This document shows positions 1 through 10,866 of a stretch of 64,000 bases of DNA, piece after piece. Every line of letters begins with the position of its first letter. Position 1 is the stretch's first letter. The translations under genes and the position numbers were made by a program. Below the pieces are notes generated by a model that was not told the origin of the DNA, did not search any database, and saw only the letters and a list, made by a program, of their open reading frames with translations. Source of the DNA: Octopus bimaculoides (Eukaryota); contig NC_068993.1 of NCBI RefSeq assembly GCF_001194135.2, positions 19,636,091-19,700,090 of the forward strand. Reading direction: 5' to 3'.

Positions 1-255
1 ACGTCCCATGCAAGTGGGCAGAAGCACAAACTTCTCATCCCCGACAGTCCCCGCTGCACACCTCCCAGCAACCCCTTCCATGTCCACTTCGTCCTTCTGG
101 CGTCCTGCCACATCTGCGAATCTTCCGTCCTCTACTTTCTCGTCCATTCCCTCCACAGCCCGCAAAAACTCGTCTCCAGTAGAAGACAACTCAGAACCGC
201 TGAGGTTTGAACAGAACACCCTCCTACTCTTTTCCATTGGGCCAGCTCTCCTCAT
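1..255 (-). mobile_element. Open frame running off the window edge; putative ORF1 (gag-like) N-terminus of a non-LTR retrotransposon
   Basis: Manual translation from ATG at 255: MRRAGPMEKSRRVFCSNLSGSELSSTGDEFLRAVEGMDEKVEDGRFADVAGRQKDEVDMEGVAGRCAAGTVGDEKFVLLPTCMGR, 85 codons with no stop to position 1; upstream in-frame TGA at 306-304. GC-richer than flanks. The LLPTxMGR ending resembles octopus LINE ORF1-type proteins from memory (not verified). Confidence 0.4.
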
Positions 256-419
256 AAGAGGAGGAAAAGCACAAACAAGCTGCCACAAAGCAGCAAAAAT
301 AGTTCACAAACTGTTCCAAAGAACACTGACACAAAATTCAACACAAACCTTCAGCACAAAAATACACGTCTTAACACTGTGAAACATACTAGCAGAATAA
401 CTTACTAACAACATGAGGC

Positions 420-756
420 AACGCCAATGTCCTCTTAACGATGAGCCGGAAATGATTTTTAAAATGAGAATATCTGAAATGAACCCGACTGTTTTCCCAA
501 ACGAGAATACTAAAAATGAACCCGATTGCTCTCAAAAATGAAGTAACAGAACTGGAAAAATAATTCAGTATCCTTGACCAGAACCGGATCGATTCCAATA
601 TCTAATCAGTTCGTGCCAGTTACAAAGCCAAACATCCCTGAAATTTTAATCTGAATCCATCCAGCGTTTCTTGAGATATCTTGTCCACGGACAAAGAAAC
701 AAACAAACAAATACGGCTGAAAACAATACCTCCGCCTTAGCGAGGATTGAGGTAAA
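420..756 (+). mobile_element. Possible non-autonomous DNA element (Helentron/Helitron-like 3' end)
   Basis: Ends in (AAAC)n, then GAAAACAA and a TACCTC...GAGGTA hairpin (726-753), the layout of Helentron-associated non-autonomous elements. Boundaries approximate. Confidence 0.3.
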
Positions 757-1805
757 AATAAGATAGTGGATATAAGAAAATGGAGAGAAGAGGATCTTCG
801 TATAACGTTCACTGAGCTAAGATAATAAGGAAATAAGATTAGATTCGATATCTTAATAGAGGTTAAAGTTGCATGGATGCATTTACACTGTTTCCAAGTA
901 GCAATATGTGCAATTATATCTATTGTCTACTTGATTATATCGGTTGATCACCAACTGATCAAGGCAGTTGAAATCGTGGCATGACAAAATTCTGTGATAA
1001 ATCGCTTCTAAAATATGTACTTAGAAAACTATCCTTCTGGTCTTCAAATAAATTTTCAGTTTTGCAGTCCCAAGTATTCAGTTCTAGATTCTATTATCTA
1101 AAATTATGGACTTCTATATTGATTTTATGCTATCTGCATCGTGTTTCTTTACTGTATGTTACTGTACTGTAGTATGAAAGAAATTTAGAATGCGTAGGTA
1201 CGTTAAACTTATACAGGATTCTGTCTTTCCGCAGCAAACAAAGAATTCCAGTGAAATTTTAAGTATTCTTCCGTCTTCCTTTACATGATTTTTCAAAGGC
1301 ATTCTAATCACAATGAAATAATGAAATAAACAACTCTAATATTTAGTTACGCAGAAGAAACTAATTTACTTTTTACTATGTTTGTTTATTTGTTTATTTA
1401 TTTTCGTGATGTAAAAAATTCTCCGCAGTGTAGAAAGAGTCTAATATTTCGTATAGGGAAAAGACAAGATGTCAAATATCCTACATATAATAATACGCAA
1501 TACAAATCTCGTTGGTCACGCTGGTAGAAGAAGACTAGAAGAGAAAACGGAGAACGAGTCCGTGACATTCAGAGACGTTAAATGCATCGGAACTGTATAG
1601 TAATAAGATTTTCTTCTGAAGTTGCTGGTGTTGTAATCGTAAGTAGGATCTACTTTTACAGACACGCACATGAGCACACACACATACACACACATATGCA
1701 CATGTACGTGAGTGTGTATATCATATGTTTATATATATATATATTTACTTTGAAATGAATGCGTGGCATTCAATCAAATAATAATATAAATTATATATAT
1801 ATGCA

Positions 1806-1843
<38 letters not shown>

Positions 1844-2613
1844 CTATATATATATACATACATACATGAGTACAGTACGTCACCAACAGTAAACAACATG
1901 AATTACGAAAACAAATGTGTTCAATACGCAAGCAACGAGAAACAAATGGAAAACAGGACAAGTGACATAAAGAACGACACTTCATCAATTGTCGGCTGAC
2001 TGTCTACGCCTTATTTCCAGCAATGAACGACAATATGAATCTCTGAAGACAATTGCTCCAATGAGTACCAAAATTAAATTTGAGATAAAAACAGAACAGT
2101 AGAAACATACAAAGAAACCGAACGAAAACAAACATGGAATGTCGTTAGACTAGAACGAAGGTAAAATAGCGAACGCTGGAGAAATATTTTCCTAGACAAG
2201 AGAAAACACAGGAGAGAGAGATAAGATACGTCCAGTCCTGAAAGAAAAGAAAGGTGATCCCGCGGGGAAAAGAAAGATGGACGATGGTCACGTGTGAGCA
2301 ACGAGAGAGAGAGAGGGAGAACAGAAGAAAGAGGGGGTGAGAGAGAGACAGATAGGAAACGGTGAAAGGGAGAAAAAAGGGAAATAGAGAAAGGATGAGA
2401 GAGAAAACGATAGGGGAGAAAAGCAATATAGAGTAGAATCGCATCAAAAAGATTAAGAAAAGGATCACTCGTTGGTGATGTCCTATACTTGATGTATCTT
2501 ATATTTATTTATTTTATAATTGAATACCACGCAAACTTGTCCACAGTAAGTTTTTACTTCTATTTATAATTTCTGTGACTCTACTCTCAGTTCCCTTTCT
2601 TTCTTTCATTCAT

Positions 2614-2651
<38 letters not shown>

Positions 2652-2880
2652 TTCCTTCCTTTCTTTCTATCCCTCTACAATCCTCTTTATTTTCCATTTC
2701 TCTCGCTCCCTTTTTGCTATCTCTATTCTATTCCTTACTATCTTTCGTTCCTTTTCTATTCTCTTCACTCTCTTTGTTTCTTTCCCTCATCCTCTCTCAT
2801 ATATATTTAAGTAGTATCTCCGCCCTGTTACGTGACAGACAGGCGTCCGATTCCCCGCTGAGGGGGCCTCCATATCTTTT

Positions 2881-2940
2881 CAAGGTGGTGCTCTAGCATG
2901 GCCGCAGTCAAATAACTGAAACAAATAAAAGAATAAAAGA
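2881..2940 (+). mobile_element. SINE family C 3' tail fragment
   Basis: ggtgctctagcatggccgcagtcaaataactgaaacaaataaaagaataaaaga matches the tails at 21330-21383, 23570-23630 (minus) and 42643-42698. Confidence 0.75.
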
Positions 2941-4173
2941 GTCAAAGGAAATGTATATATTAGGAATACGCACACACACAAAGACATACGAATCCACATG
3001 CACACATCTATGCATAGTTACAAACGTCTGAGCCAGCATTAGATTATTTGTAACGCCAGAAACGGCAGCTTAATCTCGAACAAGTCAAGCATCAATGTCT
3101 TAAAAATAGAAAGTAACATTGGCTAATATAATTCCTGATCTACAAACAGACGTATCACCATGGTTGGACTGTCACTCAGCTTACGAAATCTCGATTAGAG
3201 TTAGGCCAGAGTGATATAACAACAACAAAAATAATTGCAAATATGTATAGTGTTGTAAGAAGGTGGGTGAGTATTAGTGGCTGAAAATGCTAGCTGTGGG
3301 GGAAAACGCACAGGCAAGGACTGTCGAGTACATGAAGATTATAAGTCATTCATTAATACCCGGAGTCTAGGAAGAGCCAAGAGTAATCTCTCTATATAAA
3401 AGTGAAATGGCCGAAAGTTGTGTTTGCGCGTCTCATTTAGTGGTTATGCAGGGTTCAATGCCAGTAGGCGTGTTCGGATTGCGGCGAAAATTTACAGGGA
3501 CATGTAAAATGAGGCGAGGAAGCGACTGGACTAGGTTAAAAATCTCCATCTCAAAAGCTGTGGTTACTAGGGCAACAAAACCCATTTTCGATCGATTCTG
3601 CAAGCTGTGGAGGTCGTGTTTTGTGGGCGATTTTAATAAAAAGCACACTTGCATAATCTATAATCTCTTGTGTTCGTCAATTTTTTGTAGATGTTGTTTA
3701 AAAGAAAAGATTTTATGAAGTGATAAAAAGTTGCATTTTTAGTCGTTTTACCGTTTGATTATTTACTGCTTGAATCTTTGATTTGTTCTGGATAAAAATT
3801 ATACTACCCAGTAGGATTTCATGAGAAGTATTTTGGGAATTTTGATTCGTTCAAAAATTCCGCCGATAAGTACAAAAATAATCAAGTTTCCGGTTATTTT
3901 TCATTTTATTTTCATGATTTAGTGGTACGAGACGATAGGCGTGACTTTTTTTCGTTTCGCCGAGAAGGCTTATCGCTTTTTTATCCATTTGCGTACTTGC
4001 CTTTTTTTAATCAATTTTTTAATAAACTTACCATGATTTTCAAAGTCTTTTCATTTTTTAAAAATGCGGCGGATCGAGAATAGACCCGAATGGTTCGAAT
4101 GCAGCGGCTTCTCGTTGCAGGTTGATGTTACTTTCTCGTTTAGCTTTCAGATTTTGTTCCGGCTTCTGGAGCA

Positions 4174-4374
4174 TCACTGGTTGAGAGTCTGGACAACTGT
4201 TGTTTCTTCCGTTTTTCTTCCTTCTTCAAGCGTTCCCTTAGTGTAGGTCTGTATCTCGTCGATTTTGTTGGATAGGACTGTGAGCTTGGAGGAGATATCT
4301 TTCAGTTCTTTTAGTATCTCTAGGTTCAACGTGTTTTCGCTTTGGTCGGGTTTTGTGGCATTTTCTTCCTCGTG
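4174..4374 (-). pseudogene. Decayed coiled-coil coding fragment, possibly a LINE ORF1 relic
   Basis: Stop-to-stop frame of 67 codons with no ATG: HEEENATKPDQSENTLNLEILKELKDISSKLTVLSNKIDEIQTYTKGTLEEGRKTEETTVVQTLNQ*; heptad-like LEILKELKDISSKLTVLSNKIDEIQ; a nearby ATG is out of frame. Confidence 0.3.
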
Positions 4375-4644
4375 TTATGAGTATGTATAGAAAACAGAGA
4401 TATTTTATTCCACACCAGTAGAAATATAAGAAAACTAGAAGTTGAGAATGCACTGACATGTTTACTCAACCGTGTCTGCTCTCTTTTTAGGCGCCTTTCC
4501 TTTCTCTTGTTTCCTTTCCCGCTGTATGCTTTTTACGTCTGCTGCTGTTTCAGCTAATTTCAAAAGCCATTAAACATTTCCTACTCCTTCCACAGTGACT
4601 TATTACTTCTTACACCTTCTTTTTTGCCTATTCATCTCAGCCTG

Positions 4645-4680
<36 letters not shown>

Positions 4681-4690
4681 NNNNNNNNNN

Positions 4691-4731
<41 letters not shown>

Positions 4732-4896
4732 ATTTCTTTCACTCTCTCTTTCTATCACTCTCTCTCATTCACTATTCTTAATTTAATTTTCGACCATCAT
4801 CAGTAACTATTTCTTTTCTGTAAGATAAAACTTATACTCGAAATGTTAGACTGCTTTTCTCCATTACAATATAAAAGGATATCTCATTGTTTAAAT

Positions 4897-5173
4897 CAGT
4901 GGTTCTCAACTGGGATCTCTATGGATTTCAAAGCCCCTGAAAGGAAATTTGCTTTAGATGTATGTATTACTATGTAGTGCTAGAAACAGCTTGGGTTCTA
5001 TCTCTAACGTTGTACATAGTTCAACTTATATAAGTTAATGTGTAAAAAGCAAAATAGGAATTTTGAAAGAAGTATCTTTAGGACTAGTTTTTAAATATCG
5101 AATGGCTTTGGGGGCCCACTAGAATAAATTAGTAATCAGAGGGATCCATAGAAAAAAAAGTTGCGAAACCCTG
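4897..5173. mobile_element. hAT-type MITE (277 bp)
   Basis: Imperfect 14-bp TIRs CAGTGGTTCTCAAC / GTTGCGAAACCCTG; 8-bp TSD gtttaaat (4889-4896) / gtttaaag (5174-5181), the size and NTTTAAAN pattern typical of hAT (Charlie-like) elements. Confidence 0.8.
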
Positions 5174-5375
5174 GTTTAAAGGATTCGCCTTATTTTCTCT
5201 CAACATACAACATACCAGAAGTCCTAGAATTCTACTGGTCTACAGTACCTTTTGTCGTTACAATCACTCTTCATCTCCGTTTGTTAAAAAAACTCTTTAA
5301 CCCTATACTTTCTAAACTACACTGTACTACGGTTCCTTCAGAAACACATGGCTTTCACTATCACGCTAACCGAAA

Positions 5376-5551
5376 GCGACGAACTGGCAAAATCGTTACC
5401 ACATCAGACAAAATGCTTTGCAGTATTACAACTGCCTTTACGCTCTGGGTTCAAATTACGATGAAATAATTACCAGTTCAGCACTGGGTCGATGTAATCA
5501 ACTTCTCCCCTTTAATCCGACTCTGCTGGCCTTGTGGCTACATTTGAAACC
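5376..5551 (+). mobile_element. SINE family A copy (tRNA-headed, internally deleted)
   Basis: Shares gcgacgaactggc...gggttcaaatt and ctggccttgtg...tttgaaacc with copies at 26472 and 62688. Confidence 0.75.
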
Positions 5552-6024
5552 AATATCATGCTAACCTATCAAATCGATTCCTAGGTTAACATACTTTAGA
5601 GGAACTTATGTATCTTACTATCTTCACCATACTTTCATTCTACAAAATTTATCCTCTCTACATCATTTTTATCTTTTTTTTCCCATTTTTTAACCTTCCT
5701 TCTCTTTATTTTTATTTTGTCTTTCCTTTCTCGTCTTGGCTGTCTCTCGATTTCGTGCTTTCTGTCTTCTTCCATTTAAGACTCGTAGTTTTTCTAGTTA
5801 TTCTATCACAATTTTTTTCTACTCTTACATGTTAATATCTTGTCAAATGTTTAATATTTTAAATGTTAGATTTCATAAGTGTCTAAACTTTCCAACTCTT
5901 GGTATTTGTAAGTCTCATCTTGACTTAAATATTTATAACCCTGTCGAAGTTTCTAATTTATAATAAAAATTTCACGTTGCTCGCCCTGACACAGTGCATT
6001 ATCTAAGATTTACTTCAATTGTTG

Positions 6025-6074
<50 letters not shown>

Positions 6075-6082
6075 ATGTGTGT

Positions 6083-6115
<33 letters not shown>

Positions 6116-6167
6116 NNNNNNNNNNNNNNNNNNNNNNNNNNNNNNNNNNNNNNNNNNNNNNNNNNNN

Positions 6168-6216
<49 letters not shown>

Positions 6217-6319
6217 AATGCGTGTGTTTCATTAAATACACAACTCTTGTTAATTTATTCTTCTTTATTTTATGTTTCACATTTTCTCAGCTTTTTGCAG
6301 TTCATTTAGAACAATAGAG

Positions 6320-6421
6320 TTCCTAAATCCATCCCTGACGTTTCTAGAACTTCACAATCGTATTTTCAGTTGGAAATAATGAAACAGGGAAGATCTCGAA
6401 ACGCTGATGTGGATTTAGGAA
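6320..6421. repeat. About 100-bp fold-back element with ~33-bp imperfect inverted arms
   Basis: Left arm ttcctaaatccatccctgacgtttctagaacttc vs reverse complement of right arm ttcctaaatccacatcagcgtttcgagatcttc; no clear TSD. Confidence 0.7.
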
Positions 6422-6775
6422 TCCTACTTTTCCAAACTAAGTATTAAATGCTAAAAACATATAAAACAAAACAAAGAACTGAACATTGTCTTGAATTTAA
6501 TGAAACATGCATATAAGCAAAACTATTCGCCCTATATACGAATTTGTGTGTGTTTGTGTGTGTGTGTGTGAGCGCGTGCGTGCGTGCGTGTGTGTGTGCA
6601 AGCGCGTGCGCGTGTTTGATTATATGGGATACTCTGGGATGTTTATACCTATACATATTTTGTTTGAAGAAGAGAAGTAGTTGATATATGGAAGCCAACA
6701 TCAGACAAGAGTATTACCATTGATGTAAACGTAATTCAAATAAGTCCAGTTACTGTGTCACAGCCATAGAAATAT

Positions 6776-6972
6776 TGATTTCAAATCTTGGCACAATGCC
6801 TGCAATTTTGGGTGAGGGTGTAAGTGGATTGAATCGACCCCAGTACACAACTGATACTTATTTTATCGATCCCAAAAGGATGAAAAGCAAAGTCGACCTC
6901 GACAGAATTTGAACTCAGAATATGAAGACAGGCAAAATATCACTAAGTTTTTTGCCCGGCCAGCTCACCGCT
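6776..6972 (-). mobile_element. SINE family A copy
   Basis: Contains cttattttatcgatcccaaaaggatgaaaagcaaagtcgacctcgacagaatttgaactcagaa, the reverse complement of the family core. Confidence 0.85.
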
Positions 6973-7429
6973 TTTAGCCATATTTCTTGTATGCTGATGT
7001 GTGAAATCTCACGTATCAGTTGTAACAGATGATACAGAGCACAGAAATTCAGAATTTTCTTCAGTGAAAGAGGTGGATGGTCATTTGAAAAGTGGTTTTA
7101 ATTTTTGTTGCAAGTATGAATGGTTCAATATATTCAGGCACACTTTCTGTTAAACCGGGATGAATCAAAACTCTGATTAAAGACAATCCAGTTACATTCG
7201 TATTGTCTTTTTATGAATATTTAAGACTATATAACATAGTGCCACATTATGTAAATAAAGTCTTGAATAAAACGGAAATAGTCCTAGATTCTATGAAGAA
7301 ATATCCTTGGAGATAAGATTTTTGGATAGTCCATTCTGATTCTATTGTGCTAATCTGTTGTCAACATCAGAGTCTTTAAAACGGATATACACACTGAATA
7401 ATGAAGCATCTGATAACACGTAGCTCCCA

Positions 7430-7961
7430 TGGCTGGGACACCTCTTACCGGAGGTAAGAAGTTCCCAGCTTCATAAGATCTGAGTGGCTAAGCTGTAACA
7501 GGAACAACGGTACATATAAGTATATGTAACAGAACAACTACATATAAGTATATAGTTGGAATGATAGTGGGACGTACTCTCCATTCCCTCTGATTGTGCC
7601 GAAACCCGGGAATGGGAGGATTGGAATTGGAGATAAGGATAGACTAGCAAGGGCTGTCACTGGTGTTGGAAATAAATTTAGGGGTAGCCAAAGTAAATTA
7701 TGTAATTGTAGAGACCCTCTATTATGTCCTCTTGGCGGGCTCTGTCTATGTACAAACGTGGTATATAAATGCACTGTTAGGGACGAGAACAAACTAGATA
7801 AGTTTTATATAGGAAGCACGAAGAACTTTAAGGCTAGACATAGAGTGCATATGAGTTCGTTTTCAATGGAAAAATACAGTAACTCTACCACACTCACCTC
7901 TTATTTGCATGACCTCAAGAAGAAGAATATAAAGTACTCTCTTGAATGGTCTATTATACAT
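7430..7961 (+). mobile_element. Penelope-like element relic (linker plus GIY-YIG endonuclease), truncated by gap
   Basis: CNCRDPLLCPLGGLCLCTNVVYKCTV...FYIGSTKNFKARHRVHMSSF...STTLTSYLHDLKKKNIKYSLEWSII is the PLE CxC/CP..C-VVY/YIG endonuclease pattern. Upstream frameshifted KKFPAS and NRN-TVHIS resemble the PLE FP...FNRNTVKxSYS linker. Confidence 0.9.
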
Positions 7962-8416
7962 NNNNNNNNNNNNNNNNNNNNNNNNNNNNNNNNNNNNNNN
8001 NNNNNNNNNNNNNNNNNNNNNNNNNNNNNNNNNNNNNNNNNNNNNNNNNNNNNNNNNNNNNNNNNNNNNNNNNNNNNNNNNNNNNNNNNNNNNNNNNNNN
8101 NNNNNNNNNNNNNNNNNNNNNNNNNNNNNNNNNNNNNNNNNNNNNNNNNNNNNNNNNNNNNNNNNNNNNNNNNNNNNNNNNNNNNNNNNNNNNNNNNNNN
8201 NNNNNNNNNNNNNNNNNNNNNNNNNNNNNNNNNNNNNNNNNNNNNNNNNNNNNNNNNNNNNNNNNNNNNNNNNNNNNNNNNNNNNNNNNNNNNNNNNNNN
8301 NNNNNNNNNNNNNNNNNNNNNNNNNNNNNNNNNNNNNNNNNNNNNNNNNNNNNNNNNNNNNNNNNNNNNNNNNNNNNNNNNNNNNNNNNNNNNNNNNNNN
8401 NNNNNNNTGTGTGTGT

Positions 8417-8453
<37 letters not shown>

Positions 8454-9733
8454 TGTGTGTGTTTTCGGAATTCAAGCATTGGTACGTTTACAATGCTTTG
8501 TGGATTAGAACCTGTACATTGCTTATGACAATGTGAGAAAGTCTAATGTATTTATGTGGTGACTTTTGAAAAGTTACACTGAGTTAATGTACAGTTAATA
8601 GTTGAGGATAAAAGAAATTGTTTTATTTTTATTTCTGTATAAAACCGGAGTTAAGTACCGACCATTAATATTGTTGCGCTTCCTGGAAGAAACGAAATGG
8701 TTGAATGAATAAAGTATTGAACTTCTAGATAAATCTGTAGCAGGCGTTTCATTACAGTCACAGATCGCTTATTTGTGGGAATAGACCCCAAATCTCTGGT
8801 TGTCAGATTCGTGATTAATTCTACAGAAACCAGAATTAAATAACACATCTAATATCCCTTGAGATTTGTGAAAGAAGAAACTATTTTGAGTTTGTATGTG
8901 AACCATAATAGATGCTTAATGGAAAGTTTAAAATCGAAATACAAGTTCTAAAGAATTCTTCACAATAATTCCATAGTTCATGAAATACAAAGATATCAGT
9001 CATTGAATATAAGACGACGTAAACCGAAGGGAAATATGCCAGAGAAGTGGAAAACGCATGGAGGCATTCCAAAGTATACTGGCTTGCAGACGAATGTGTG
9101 GTGCCAAATGGTATTGAAATCTATCAATAATTTGAAAGTTGTGTCTAGAAATACACTTGTACGTAAGGCCAACTAAGGAAATATTTCTCTCTATATACCA
9201 TTCCAATCAAGTAGATGCTTGTCAATATGAATAATTATTCTCTGCTCTTTTTGTCTTCAGTCTCAAAAGAAGAGACTTGGTTTATTTTCGTTGCCATTTC
9301 TATAATCTTATGTGTTGAAGTCACAAAAGAATTTTTTCTGTCAAGTTTTAAAATTAAAACCAATTGATTCTTTTCTTTGTCTGCAGTAATTTCTGTTTTC
9401 TTTTCCTCGACGTACGTAATGTCTACAAAGAGAATGGCTGCTGGATTGAGACAAGCAATCAAACAATCAAGTGCAAGATTAATGGCTTGCTGTTGATTGC
9501 GTTCATTTATTTTCTGAGTTCAAATGCGACTGGTACTTGATTTTCATTTCACGAAGTGTCACTAGCATACATCACCATCACCAAAATAAATATTCAGTCG
9601 ATCATGTCGACGCTACCTCTCCTTTAGATATTTATGGTTCATATTTAATAGAAGTTTCGACCTCTTACAAGTGAAATTTCATGGTATGCCAAATATTAAT
9701 GTCGTTCACGTTTGGATTCTGCTGCTATTAAAT

Positions 9734-9912
9734 TACGAGCTCGCAGGATAGCTAACACGCCGGGCATAGTGCTTAGAGGCTTTTCTTCCAGCTTTACATC
9801 CTGAGTTCAAATGCAACTGTGATCGATAAAATAAGTAGCAATCATGTATTGGGGTTGATGGAATCGACTTTCCCTCCTTCAAAATTTTTGGGTTTGTGCC
9901 TATATTAGAAAG
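9734..9912 (+). mobile_element. SINE family A copy, degenerate
   Basis: ctgagttcaaatg...gatcgataaaataagtagc...tggggttgatggaatcgact...tttgtgcctatattagaa. Confidence 0.65.
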
Positions 9913-10267
9913 GATTTTAAAGAGTATTACATGAAACAAGTTTTGTTATGAAGCATTATAATTTGTGTTATTTCTTCTTTAAGCTTTGTTCTACATTTGA
10001 TAAAATAGTAATGTATATGTGAAATAAGATGGCAAGACTGACCTACACACAGGGTTCCACTTAGGGGTTTCACTTTCTCTTTTGTAGAATTTCTCTTCGA
10101 CTGGAAATGACCAGAATAAAATCTCTGTTGGATTTAAAGAGTTCAACATGTAATAGAAGTTTCAGACAGTACTTCTGAGTAAAAATTATATATTTGACCA
10201 ATTATGATTCCAACACTGTTTCTGTATTTTGTGGAGACATATTTCGTGCTTTATATAACTATTGTTT

Positions 10268-10866
10268 AGTGGTTAGGGCAGCAGACTCGCGGTCATAGGA
10301 TCGCGGTTTCGATTCTCAGACCGGGCGTTGTGAGTGTTTATTGAGCGAAAACACCTAAAGCTCCACGAGGCTCCGGCAGGGGATGGTGGTGAACCCTGCT
10401 GTACTCTTCCACCACAACTTTCTCTCACTCTTACTTTCTGTTTGTGCTGTGCCTGTAATTCAAAGGGTCAGCCTTGTCACACTGTCACGTTGAATATCTG
10501 AGTGGCTAAGCTGTAACAGGAACAACGGTACATATAAGTATATGTAACAGAACAACTACATATAAGTATATAGTTGGAATGATAGTGGGACGTGCTCTCC
10601 ATTCCATCTGATTGTGCCGAAACCCGGGAATGGGAGGATTGGAATTGTAGATAAGGATAGACTAGCAAGGGCTGTCACTGTGTGACAAGGCCTTGTCACA
10701 CTGTGTCACGCTGAATATCCCCGAGAACTACGTTAAGGGTACACGTGTCTGTGGAGTGCTCAGCTACTTGCACGCTAATTTCACGAGCAGGCTGTTCCGT
10801 TGATCAGCTGAAACCCTCGACGTCGTAAGCGACGGAGTGCCAACAACAACAACAACAACAACAACA
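10268..10866 (+). mobile_element. SINE family B copy (tRNA head, (CAA)n tail) carrying an internal insertion at 10496-10690
   Basis: Colinear with copies at 27456-27842 and 34727-35106 (B-box-like ggtttcgattc; ends gcgacggagtgccaacaac) apart from the insertion. Confidence 0.9.
10496..10680 (+). repeat. 185-bp copy of 7478-7662 (Penelope relic) inside a SINE
   Basis: Manual alignment: 182/185 identical with no indels, including a private ~30-bp tandem duplication. Confidence 0.95.

Noticed and set aside
3230-4090. DNA-transposon-like subterminal sequence, ORFs 3407-3718 and 3433-3654
   Set aside because: Only a weak ~9-bp terminal similarity, no TSD and no recognisable domain
7578-7620. CTGATTG...GAAA between ccattccc/gggaatgg arms, resembling a hammerhead
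   Set aside because: Core is CUGAUUG rather than CUGANGA, stem II is absent and there is no NUH triplet
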